The notes under the pieces: model-generated
Seen by the model: the letters and a program-made list of their open reading frames with translations, nothing else
Database searches by the model: none
What the model was told of the DNA's origin: nothing
Part shown: positions 9,019 through 16,194 of the stretch, one piece after another
Layout of the letters: each line of letters starts with the position of its first letter
Position numbering within the stretch: the stretch's first letter is position 1
Source: a virus
Taxonomy: Duplodnaviria; Heunggongvirae; Uroviricota; Caudoviricetes
Length of the DNA stretch: 17,898 nt
Virus record (IMG/VR): IMGVR_UViG_648276670_000009
Span: 1-17,898 of that record
Strand: one strand, 5' to 3'
Translations under genes and position numbers: made by a program

Positions 9019-9651
9019 ATGAGCAATAGAATTGATGGAGAGATTATCAGGGGCGTAATTAATGACCCTCGCCTTTTTCCAGGAATAAAGCGCTCAAGAG
9101 CAGGAGCATCTCAGCTCTTTGGTGAGCGCATAGTCAAAGGCGGGAAGCTTATACAAGAATGCGACTTCGAGCTAACTCCTCCAGTAAAAAGCTGGTACTC
9201 AAAGGAAATTGATGGGGTTTGGCATTGGGTTGAGGGTTGCGATCACTGCAATGGTTCTCCTCAGGACTGGGCGTATTGCAGATGCGAAAAGCATGATGTT
9301 TGTGTTGATTGCGGAATTGATAGAGAGCACGCGTCAACGTCACAAACCATAGCTGGAATGGGTGCTGTCTGGGGATGTCGTGGTGGATGGCGATGCAATG
9401 ATTGCCAAGAGAAAATTAATCAGGAACGCCTAGCAGCAGCTGAGGCAAGAATTATTCCTGACGATGAATATGATGAGCTGGATTTTTGGCGCAGAGATGA
9501 GGCTCGCTGCCCATGGTGTAAGGCTGAAATATCCACCGATGAATCATACGACGCCTGCGAAGAAGAGCATACATGCTATGAATGCGAGCGTAAGTTCAAG
9601 CTTACAGCTGAGCATTCAGTATCGTGGACAACGATTCGCTCAATCAAATAG
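9019..9651 (+). CDS. Hypothetical Cys-rich protein (multiple CxxC pairs; probable zinc-binding)
   Basis: 210 aa with CDHC, CRC, CVDC, C-x5-CNDC, CPWC, C-x5-CYEC motifs; GAGGTG RBS; first gene after N, in the slot occupied by ral/sieB in lambda. No recognised family. Confidence 0.6.
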   Translation: MSNRIDGEIIRGVINDPRLFPGIKRSRAGASQLFGERIVKGGKLIQECDFELTPPVKSWYSKEIDGVWHWVEGCDHCNGSPQDWAYCRCEKHDVCVDCGIDREHASTSQTIAGMGAVWGCRGGWRCNDCQEKINQERLAAAEARIIPDDEYDELDFWRRDEARCPWCKAEISTDESYDACEEEHTCYECERKFKLTAEHSVSWTTIRSIK

Positions 9652-9696
9652 GCCGCATAGTCGGCCTTCTTTTGGCATAAACAACATGGGGTAAAA

Positions 9697-10023
9697 ATGA
9701 AAGTTTTAATGGTTTATGAAAATGTTCCAGAGTCGACTGAAATCTATATTTTTGATGCCAATGAAGATGAAGTTAACGATTTAAAATTGTCTCACGGCAA
9801 TTACACAAATGCTAATTGTGATGAAAGCATCGAAAAAGCACTATCACGTGTTCTTGTCAGAATCAGCGATCCAGAACATTGTGATAATGATTGGCTTTCT
9901 TATTGTGGAGCGGTAAAAACTGATGCAGGAAAATGGAGTAAAAGTAAAGTTGATAACTCAACTCCAATCATTATGAAAGATAGTGATATTGAAATGGTAA
10001 TAATAACCGGAATGATTATGTAG
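9697..10023 (+). CDS. Hypothetical small acidic protein (108 aa), AT-rich moron-like gene
   Basis: ATG ORF with visibly lower GC than its neighbours; ~20 Asp/Glu versus ~10 Lys/Arg by my count; followed by a 9-bp-stem hairpin (10033..10060) and an intrinsic terminator. No recognised family. Confidence 0.5.
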   Translation: MKVLMVYENVPESTEIYIFDANEDEVNDLKLSHGNYTNANCDESIEKALSRVLVRISDPEHCDNDWLSYCGAVKTDAGKWSKSKVDNSTPIIMKDSDIEMVIITGMIM

Positions 10024-10129
10024 GCTGCGAATAAGCACTGTGTATTCATTCAAACGAGTGAATACACGGAGCAATGTCGCTCGTAACTAAACAGGAGCCG
10101 ACTTGTTCTGATTATTGGAAATCTTCTTT

Positions 10130-10156
10130 GCCCTCCTATGTGAGGGCAATTTTTTT
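10130..10156 (+). terminator. Intrinsic terminator (tL-type) upstream of the 322-aa gene
   Basis: GCCCTC(loop CTATGT)GAGGGC followed by AATTTTTTT. Confidence 0.6.
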
Positions 10157-10168
10157 GATGGAGGATAT

Positions 10169-11137
10169 ATGAGTGAAGTAACAGACTTAGTTGTTATTGA
10201 AAAAGCAAATGCAATGACTGTATTTCAGTCTGCAGACCAGATTGAAGAAATCCTTCAAAAGGTTGAACGTGAAGTTATGTCCTTTGTGCCTGATATCACA
10301 ACGGCAAAGGGCAGAAAGGAGATCGCTTCTCTGGCGTATAAAGTTGCGCAGACGAAAACATATCTCGATGGTCTTGGCAAAGACCTTGTTGCTGAACTGA
10401 AGGAAATTCCAAAGCTAATTGATGCTAACCGCAAGACAGTGCGTGATCGCCTTGATGAGCTGAAAGCCAAGGCGCGCCAGCCTCTTACTGATTATGAGGA
10501 AGAACAGGCGCGGATTAAAGCCGAAGAAGAAGCTAAGGCAGCAGCTGAAGCTCTCGCAAAGCAAATTGAGTCTGACCATGAAATAGCTATTTTGATGGAT
10601 CGCGAATTTGACCGCCAAAGAGAAGAGGCAAGACTCAAAGCGGAGCAGGAAAAGCGAGAGCATGAAGAACGCTTAAAAAAAGAAGCTGAAGAGAAAGCCA
10701 GAGCTGAAGCCGAAGAAAAGGCAAAAGCCGAAATTGAAGCAGCAGCAAGGCGAGAAGCAGAAGCTAAGGCCGCAGCGGAACGTGCAGAGCGTGAACGCAT
10801 TGAAGCCGAGCAACGAGCACAGCGCGAAGCAAAAGAGGCAGCAGAACGAGCTGAAAGAGAAAAGCAGGCGGCAATTGAAGCAGAACGCCGAAAAGCACAG
10901 GAGGAGGCTGAACGAATCCGGCGCGAGGCTGAAGCAAAAGAGCAAGCCAGAATAGCAGAAGAAAAAAGAATCAAGGAAGAGGAAGAGTGTAGAGCAAAGG
11001 ATAAAGCTCACCGGAAAGAAGTAAATAACAAAATACTTGCTGACCTTATCAAGGTTGGCGCATCAGAAGATGTTGCTAAAAATATCATAACAGCCATCGT
11101 AAAAGGCGAAGTATTCGCAACAAAAATAACCTACTAA
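10169..11137 (+). CDS. Hypothetical protein with a long charged Glu/Ala/Lys/Arg-rich alpha-helical (coiled-coil-like) central region
   Basis: 322 aa from ATG 10169 (GGAGG RBS 5 nt upstream); the track ORF starts earlier at 10115. Central ~150 aa is low-complexity EEAKAAAEALAKQ...AEEKAKAEIEAAARREAEAKAAAERAERERIEAE; the globular N-terminus and C-terminus are not recognised. Confidence 0.65.
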   Translation: MSEVTDLVVIEKANAMTVFQSADQIEEILQKVEREVMSFVPDITTAKGRKEIASLAYKVAQTKTYLDGLGKDLVAELKEIPKLIDANRKTVRDRLDELKAKARQPLTDYEEEQARIKAEEEAKAAAEALAKQIESDHEIAILMDREFDRQREEARLKAEQEKREHEERLKKEAEEKARAEAEEKAKAEIEAAARREAEAKAAAERAERERIEAEQRAQREAKEAAERAEREKQAAIEAERRKAQEEAERIRREAEAKEQARIAEEKRIKEEEECRAKDKAHRKEVNNKILADLIKVGASEDVAKNIITAIVKGEVFATKITY

Positions 11138-11161
11138 TAAAACCAACATAAGGAACCACCC

Positions 11162-11293
11162 ATGATTTACGCAATCGCGGGAGGCGCTCGCATGGGTGCC
11201 TTCCAACTAAATGAATCTTTACTTGAACGAATCACCCGTAAATTACGTGACGGATGGAAAAGAGTTGAGGTCTTATTATGCGCAATGAAATAG
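11162..11293 (+). CDS. cIII: CIII-like protease (FtsH) inhibitor, divergent C-terminus
   Basis: 43-aa ORF (below the track cut-off) MIYAIAGGARMGAFQLNESLLERITRKLRDGWKRVEVLLCAMK; core ESLLERITRKLRDGWKR matches recalled lambda CIII. Confidence 0.7.
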   Translation: MIYAIAGGARMGAFQLNESLLERITRKLRDGWKRVEVLLCAMK

Positions 11294-11430
11294 CCATCAA
11301 TCACCAGATGCTTCGTGCTGCACAGAACAAAGCAGTAATAGCCAGATTTATTGGTGATTCCAAAATGTGGCTTGAAGCAAATAAAGCGATGAAATCAGCT
11401 ATCAACCTTCCATGGTATCGCAGGAAATGA
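11278..11430 (+). CDS. kil: Kil-like host cell-division inhibitor
   Basis: 50-aa ORF MRNEIAINHQMLRAAQNKAVIARFIGDSKMWLEANKAMKSAINLPWYRRK; resembles recalled lambda Kil (…TFIGDEKMF…); overlaps the cIII stop; position matches lambda cIII-kil. Confidence 0.55.
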   Translation: MRNEIAINHQMLRAAQNKAVIARFIGDSKMWLEANKAMKSAINLPWYRRK

Positions 11431-11504
11431 GTTTTACAGATAACTGGTCAGACGAAGAATTCATTCGTCAGATGAAAGAATTAATCGGTAACGAAGGAGA
11501 TATT

Positions 11505-11675
11505 CATGTCACTTGCAACCACAGTGAAGGAGAGCAAGTTACAGAGACGCATGTACACGCAGCAGGCGTTAATGTATCGCCAGAAGGGAGATCGTGAAGG
11601 TGTTCGCGTATTTTTAAATGCGGCAAAGACTGAAGTATTAAATCAGCGTTATTTCCTTGGGCCATGTCCATTCTG
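11505..11675 (+). CDS. Hypothetical small protein (56 aa) upstream of erf (Arf-like position)
   Basis: ATG 11505 preceded by AGGAG at 7-nt spacing; MSLATTVKESKLQRRMYTQQALMYRQKGDREGVRVFLNAAKTEVLNQRYFLGPCPF. An alternative overlapping frame (track ORF 11412..11597, or ATG 11427 coupled to the kil stop) cannot be excluded. Confidence 0.45.
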
Positions 11676-11686
11676 AGAACAAACAT

Positions 11687-12292
11687 ATGAGCAAAGAATT
11701 TTACGCAAAACTGGCAGCTATTCAGGAGAACTTGAACGCGCCAAAGAATCAGTACAACTCATTCGGTAAATATAAATACAGAAGCTGCGAAGACATTCTT
11801 GAAGGCGTTAAGCCGTTACTGAATGGTCTGTTTTTATCAATCAGCGATGAAGTTGTGTTGATTGGTGATCGGTATTACGTGAAAGCCACGGCAACTATTA
11901 CCGATGGCGAAAACAGTCATACGGCAACCGCTCTTGCACGAGAGGAAGAAAGCAAGAAAGGAATGGATTCTGCACAAGTTACGGGAGCTACAAGCTCTTA
12001 TGCACGCAAGTATTGCCTCAATGGTTTGTTCGGCATTGATGATGCGAAAGATGCAGATACCGACGAGCATAAACATCAGCAGAACGCAGCAGCAAAGCAA
12101 TCAAAACCATCACCTACACCTGAACAGGTTCTAAAAGCATTCACTGACGCAGCATTGCAGAAAAACACCGTAGAAGAGCTTAAACAGGCGTTCGCCAAAG
12201 CGTGGAAGATGCTCGAAGGCACACCTGAGCAGCACAAAGCGCAGGACGTTTACAACATCAGACGAGACGAATTAGAAGGAGCGGCTGCTTAA
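11687..12292 (+). CDS. erf: Erf-family single-strand annealing recombination protein (P22 Erf-like)
   Basis: From MSKEFYAKLAAIQENLNAPKNQYNSFGKYKYRSCEDILEGVKPLLNGLFLSISDEVVLIGDRYYVKATATITDGENSH..., closely matching recalled P22 Erf. The track ORF begins at a TTG at 11657; the ATG at 11687 is used. Confidence 0.85.
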   Translation: MSKEFYAKLAAIQENLNAPKNQYNSFGKYKYRSCEDILEGVKPLLNGLFLSISDEVVLIGDRYYVKATATITDGENSHTATALAREEESKKGMDSAQVTGATSSYARKYCLNGLFGIDDAKDADTDEHKHQQNAAAKQSKPSPTPEQVLKAFTDAALQKNTVEELKQAFAKAWKMLEGTPEQHKAQDVYNIRRDELEGAAA

Positions 12293-12675
12293 TGGCACAT
12301 TCGATTACTGTAAGACTAAACAAGCCCGCAAGAGAGTTTCAGGCCGGGGAAAATATCGGATTCAACATCCGTGCTGGCGTTCAGTATTACGATCGCCAGA
12401 CAAAAAAGAAAGAATGGACAAACTACAGCGCCGTTGTATTTGCCAAGCCGGGAGCGCAAGCGGATTACTACCGTAGTGTTCTTGTTGAAGGTGGCATTGT
12501 GGAAATTACCGGAGAAAACATCAGGGTTGATGTTTATCAGGGGCAAAATGGTCAATCAATCACTCTTGAATTACTGAATGCAAAGATTGGATTTGCAACT
12601 TCAGGAAACAGCCAACAGCAGCAAAGTAGTAACCAGCAGAACACTCCTGTATACGACGATTCCATCCCATTCTGA
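12292..12675 (+). CDS. Single-stranded-DNA-binding protein-like (acidic C-terminal tail ending DDSIPF)
   Basis: 127 aa; Gln/Ser-rich linker and terminal ...PVYDDSIPF resemble the SSB C-terminal protein-interaction tail (DDDIPF); start overlaps the erf stop (TAATG). Confidence 0.65.
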   Translation: MAHSITVRLNKPAREFQAGENIGFNIRAGVQYYDRQTKKKEWTNYSAVVFAKPGAQADYYRSVLVEGGIVEITGENIRVDVYQGQNGQSITLELLNAKIGFATSGNSQQQQSSNQQNTPVYDDSIPF

Positions 12676-12698
12676 TTTAGAAAAATAAGGATTTAATT

Positions 12699-12992
12699 AT
12701 GCCAGCGCCTCTGTATGGTGCGGATGACGCGCGCCGCTGTTCCGGCAATTCCGTATCGGAGGTGCTGGATAAATTCAGAAAAAACTACGACCGGATAATG
12801 TCGCTACCGCAGGAAACGAAAGAGGAAAAGGAATTTCGCCATTGTATATGGCTTGCAGAGAAAGAAGAGCGCGAGCGAATTTACCAGACATCAATCCGAC
12901 CATTCCGCAAAGCAACATATACCCACTTCCCTGAAATCGACCCGCGCCTGCGTAATTACCGCTCACGCTATGGCGCTATCAGTAATAACTGA
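12699..12992 (+). CDS. Hypothetical protein (97 aa)
   Basis: ATG ORF with AAGGA upstream; no recognised family. Confidence 0.5.
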   Translation: MPAPLYGADDARRCSGNSVSEVLDKFRKNYDRIMSLPQETKEEKEFRHCIWLAEKEERERIYQTSIRPFRKATYTHFPEIDPRLRNYRSRYGAISNN

Positions 12993-13002
12993 GGAATTTA
13001 CC

Positions 13003-13170
13003 ATGAGAGGACTTGCATACAATCCCGGCATTCTTCCGGCAGAAATGATTATTCGCCAACGCGTAAAGCCAATGCCATCGAGAGAGGAATTGCTTAAGAG
13101 AAATTCTTTTCCATCAGTGAATCAAAACAAATATCTGAATGCGATGTGGCGCAAAGGAGGCAGCCAGTGA
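13003..13170 (+). CDS. Hypothetical protein (55 aa)
   Basis: ATG 13003 preceded by GAGGAA; lies in the frame of track ORF 12853..13170, whose upstream part overlaps the previous gene. Confidence 0.45.
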   Translation: MRGLAYNPGILPAEMIIRQRVKPMPSREELLKRNSFPSVNQNKYLNAMWRKGGSQ

Positions 13171-13811
13171 ATAACCGCTTTTACATGATGTGCTTGCGTG
13201 AAACTGTGGGTAATAACGCTTCATTCCATTGCCATAACGGCAATGGTTACAGTTCTAATATCGATCGCGCTCATGTTTACACGCTGGAAGAAGCCCAAAA
13301 AGCCTGGAATTGTGGTCGAGATATCGATCAGCCTGTTTGCGCTGATAGCGTGGATGCAATGGCAGTGTGGCACGTTGATTGCCAGTACATCCCTACAGAA
13401 AGCCTGATTGAGTCAGATTGCACTGCGTATGTGGCCTACAAAAAAGGTAGCTGGAACGGCAACGATGTTTACTGGCTTCAACACGGTGGATTGCCAACAG
13501 ATGACTTCAGTAAAGCGACCATCTTTAGCGTCGCCAACAAAAACGAACCAGGAATAGTTTGGTTGCCATTTTCCATTGCTGATGCAGCAAAGCGCAGGAC
13601 GTTCAATATCAATAACTTTAACCGCAGAACAATGGTTCAGGGCGCAGGTTTGGTCATGCCTGACTGGTTGAAAGAGCAGAACAGAAGAAAGAAGTCGCGA
13701 AGCGGGAAGGTGCGTTGGAATTGTCCGCATTGCGGAAAAATCTCCTGGCAGTACAGCCCATATGATTTTGAAGGCTGTAGTGATTACAACTGTGAAGGAT
13801 GGCGAGAATGA
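13167..13811 (+). CDS. Hypothetical protein (214 aa) with C-terminal Cys-rich zinc-ribbon-like motif
   Basis: GTG 13167 preceded by AAAGGAGG at 6-nt spacing and overlapping the upstream stop (the track ORF starts at 13146); C-terminus WNCPHCGK...CSDYNCEGW. No recognised family. Confidence 0.55.
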   Translation: MNNRFYMMCLRETVGNNASFHCHNGNGYSSNIDRAHVYTLEEAQKAWNCGRDIDQPVCADSVDAMAVWHVDCQYIPTESLIESDCTAYVAYKKGSWNGNDVYWLQHGGLPTDDFSKATIFSVANKNEPGIVWLPFSIADAAKRRTFNINNFNRRTMVQGAGLVMPDWLKEQNRRKKSRSGKVRWNCPHCGKISWQYSPYDFEGCSDYNCEGWRE

Positions 13812-14295
13812 CAATTGACTATCAGTCACTGCGTGAGGCGGCAGAGAAAGCAACGTGGGGAGACTGGGACTCATATAAACACACCGTGGCGCACGTGGTT
13901 ATGAGGTCCGACTAAGTAGTCAGGCCATTGCGCAACACGTTCTGAAAAACAACGCTGAATTTATTGCTGCCTTTAATCCAAAGGTTGCTTTGGCACTACT
14001 GGATGAACGGGAAAGAAACCAGCAATACATCAAACGCCGCGACCAGGAGAACGAGGATATTGCGCTAACGGTAGGGAAGCTGCGCGTTGAGCTTGAAGCA
14101 GAAAAACAGCGGGCAAAAGTTCTATTTATGGAAAATGCTCGGCTTAAGTCAGGTATAGCCGGTCTGATACACCTCGGTATTCGATATGCAGATGTTGAGG
14201 TCATGAAAATTGCTGGAGATGCCCAGCTTTCTACCCCATGCACTGACAGCATCATAAACAGCATTGCAACAGGCATTCGCATCAAAGGAGAGTAA
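13799..14295 (+). pseudogene. ea22-like gene, disrupted (N-terminal 38-codon piece and C-terminal piece in different frames)
   Basis: ATG 13799 encodes [38 protein letters not shown] then stops at 13913..13915; a different frame continues open from ~13916 (...QAIAQHVLKNNAEFIAAFNPKVALALLDERERNQQYIKRRDQENEDIALTVGKLRVELEAE...) to 14295. Both pieces resemble recalled Ea22-family proteins. Confidence 0.5.
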
Positions 14296-14497
14296 TATGA
14301 GCAGGAATACGGGTTTGTAAAAGATAACGCTTGTGAAAATGCTGAATTTCGCGTCGTCTTCACAGCGATGCCAGAGTCTGTAGTGTCAGATGATGACCGT
14401 ACTCAAACATCGGGTTGAGTATTATCTTACTGTTTCTTTACATAAACATTGCTGATACCGTTTAGCTGAAACGACATACATTGCAAGGAGTTTATAA

Positions 14498-14779
14498 ATG
14501 AGTATCAATGAGTTAGAGTCTGAGCAAAAAGATTGGGCGTTATCAATGTTGTGCAGATCCGGTGTCTTGTCTCCATGCAGACATCACGAAGGTGTTTATG
14601 TAGATGAAGGTATAGATATAGAGTCGGCATACAAATATTCCATGAAGGTTTATAAGTCTAATGAAGACAAATCCCCATTCTGCAATGTGCGAGAAATGAC
14701 TGATACCGTGCAAAATTATTATCACGAGTACGGTGGAAACGATACTTGCCCTCTCTGTACAAAATATATAGATGATTAA
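14498..14779 (+). CDS. Hypothetical small Cys-containing protein (93 aa), AT-rich moron-like gene
   Basis: ATG with AAGGAG at 8-nt spacing; low GC; five Cys including CPLC; bracketed by a ~200-bp non-coding leader and an intrinsic terminator. Confidence 0.55.
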   Translation: MSINELESEQKDWALSMLCRSGVLSPCRHHEGVYVDEGIDIESAYKYSMKVYKSNEDKSPFCNVREMTDTVQNYYHEYGGNDTCPLCTKYIDD

Positions 14780-14797
14780 ACCAAATATTACATAACA

Positions 14798-14826
14798 ATC
14801 CTCGCACTCGCGGGGATTTCTTTTAT
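14798..14826 (+). terminator. Intrinsic terminator after the 93-aa gene
   Basis: ATCCTCGC(loop ACTC)GCGGGGAT followed by TTCTTTTAT. Confidence 0.55.
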
Positions 14827-14837
14827 ATGGGGATAAT

Positions 14838-15638
14838 ATGACCATCCACTTTCACGGCAGCCCAATATGGGGTGATGAGCATGCCCCTACAGATATGCTG
14901 ATTAAAGTCCTTTACCGTGATGGTGGGGCTTTTGTTTCATTTGCCAGACCAGAGCAGATGAAAAAGATTGCCATGTTCCCTTGTGATATACGCCTTGATA
15001 ACGGCGCTTTTAGCGACTGGATGAAAGCATTAAAGAAAGGCACTCCGGTAGACTGGAGTAAGAGACGAGCAAAATTCTACGACTTTGTTGGGAAGTGGTT
15101 CAGCAGAATTGAATGGTTTCTTATACCTGACGTTATCGAAGGGACAGAGGCAGAAAACGACGAGCAGATTGAGTTGGTTCCTGATTGGCTAAAATCAAAA
15201 GCGGTTCCGGTCTGGCATACCGACGAATCAATTGAACGTCTTTTACGCCTTTCTGGCAAATTTGAATGGGTGGCGATTGGATGCTGCGGCCCACACAGGC
15301 ACATACGCTCTAAATGGTGGGAACAGAGAATGGATGAAGTTTTCACTGAGCTTTATATCAATCGTAATTTGAAAGTGAAAATTCATGGTCTTCGAATGCT
15401 CGACGTGAGAGTTCTTGGTATGTATCCGTTCGCCAGTGCGGATTCTACTAATGTTGCTGTTAACGTACCGAAGACAGAGAAGCGATTTCCTGAGATTACC
15501 GACAAACTGGCACGTACAGCTGTACTTCGCTCAGCTATTGAAAAGGTGCACCCGCCATCGATATCAGCATGGGTAGACAGAAAGATGAGAGAGCCGGCGC
15601 AAGCCGGTTTTTTATTTGAATTCACCGACGCCGCTTAA
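14838..15638 (+). CDS. Hypothetical protein (266 aa), conserved-looking but unassigned
   Basis: Long ATG ORF in the accessory region between ea22 and the excisionase gene. Motifs noted: YRDGGAFVSF, GCCGPHRH. No confident family assignment. Confidence 0.6.
   Translation: MTIHFHGSPIWGDEHAPTDMLIKVLYRDGGAFVSFARPEQMKKIAMFPCDIRLDNGAFSDWMKALKKGTPVDWSKRRAKFYDFVGKWFSRIEWFLIPDVIEGTEAENDEQIELVPDWLKSKAVPVWHTDESIERLLRLSGKFEWVAIGCCGPHRHIRSKWWEQRMDEVFTELYINRNLKVKIHGLRMLDVRVLGMYPFASADSTNVAVNVPKTEKRFPEITDKLARTAVLRSAIEKVHPPSISAWVDRKMREPAQAGFLFEFTDAA
15593..15616 (+). terminator. Terminator-like hairpin (GCAA tetraloop) with U-tract inside the 3' end of the 266-aa CDS
   Basis: GCCGGC-GCAA-GCCGGT followed by TTTTTTATTT, ending 22 nt before the CDS stop. 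Confidence 0.35.
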
Positions 15639-15695
15639 TGCGGATTTCTTTTATCTGAACTCGCTACGGCGGGTTTTGTTTTATGGAGATGATAA

Positions 15696-15863
15696 ATGCA
15701 CTTCCGAGTCACAGGAGAATGGAATGGAGAGCCATTCAACAGAGTTATCGAAGCAGAGGACATCAACGACTGCTATGACCACTGGATGTTGTGGGCGCAG
15801 ATAGCACATGCAGACGTAACCAATATTCGAATTGAAGAACTGAAAGAACACCAAGCCGCCTGA
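15696..15863 (+). CDS. Hypothetical small protein (55 aa), commonly seen near xis in enterobacterial prophages
   Basis: ATG 15696 with GGAGATG upstream; MHFRVTGEWNGEPFNRVIEAEDINDCYDHWMLWAQIAHADVTNIRIEELKEHQAA; below the track cut-off. Confidence 0.5.
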   Translation: MHFRVTGEWNGEPFNRVIEAEDINDCYDHWMLWAQIAHADVTNIRIEELKEHQAA

Positions 15864-15877
15864 TGGCGGTTTTTTAT
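15855..15877 (+). terminator. Intrinsic terminator after the 55-aa gene
   Basis: GCCGCC(loop TGAT)GGCGGT followed by TTTTTTATT; the stop codon lies in the loop. Confidence 0.6.
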
Positions 15878-15885
15878 TGCCTGAT

Positions 15886-15901
15886 TTGCAGGTTCGATTC
15901 C
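15886..15901 (+). other. tRNA T-arm-like fragment (TTGCAGGTTCGATTCC) upstream of the excisionase gene; possible att remnant
   Basis: The 16-nt sequence has a canonical T-loop (TTCGATT) preceded by stem GCAGG; together with the fragment at 16195..16209 it would form GCAGG-TTCGATT-CCTGC-AGGGGAC-A-CCA, the 3' half of a tRNA (recalled as argW-like). Confidence 0.5.
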
Positions 15902-15920
15902 CTATTCGGAGATAGCACTC

Positions 15921-16121
15921 ATGCAACACGAACTACAGCCTGATTCACTGGTTGATTTGAAATTCATCATGGCTGATACTGGCTTCGGTAAAACCTTCAT
16001 CTATGACCGGATTAAGTCCGGAGACCTGCCTAAAGCCAAAGTTATCCACGGGCGAGCAAGATGGTTATATCGTGACCATTGTGAATTCAAAAATAAGCTC
16101 TTAAGCCGCGCCAATGGGTAA
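15921..16121 (+). CDS. torI: AlpA/TorI-family excisionase (winged-helix Xis-like), located at the att-proximal end of the prophage
   Basis: 66 aa MQHELQPDSLVDLKFIMADTGFGKTFIYDRIKSGDLPKAKVIHGRARWLYRDHCEFKNKLLSRANG; AlpA-type pattern (TG-x4-IY-x2-I-x2-G-x-LP ... W); the identification as TorI of KplE1/CPS-53 is from memory and position next to an argW-type att, and is not verified. Confidence 0.6.
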   Translation: MQHELQPDSLVDLKFIMADTGFGKTFIYDRIKSGDLPKAKVIHGRARWLYRDHCEFKNKLLSRANG

Positions 16122-16194
16122 AATAGCGGGTAAAATATTTTTCACATCTAAAAAACACCATTCCAATCAATCCCCTGCCGCGTCAAGTAGATGT

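Noticed and set aside
10033-10060. 9-bp-stem hairpin GTGTATTCA...TGAATACAC after the 108-aa gene
   Set aside because: No U-tract follows, so it is not called as an intrinsic terminator; it may be an RNA processing or protein-binding site but there is no further evidence.
10255-11011. Four long minus-strand ORFs (71-160 aa) rich in Ser/Ala/Phe/Cys/Leu
   Set aside because: They are antisense to the low-complexity Glu/Ala/Lys repeat region of the 322-aa plus-strand gene; repeated GAAGC/GCAGC-type codons stay open on the opposite strand by composition alone.
11412-11597. Alternative 61-aa ORF (MVSQEMSFTDNW...) overlapping the 56-aa ORF at 11505..11675
   Set aside because: Not rejected outright, but ranked lower: the 11505 start has a strong AGGAG RBS, whereas this frame would need an ATG at 11427 with a poor SD. 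Only one of the two overlapping frames is likely real.
13413-14363. Minus-strand ORFs 13413..13874 and 13920..14363
   Set aside because: Antisense to the plus-strand 214-aa gene and the ea22-like remnant; they run against the direction of the whole pL operon and have no RBS.
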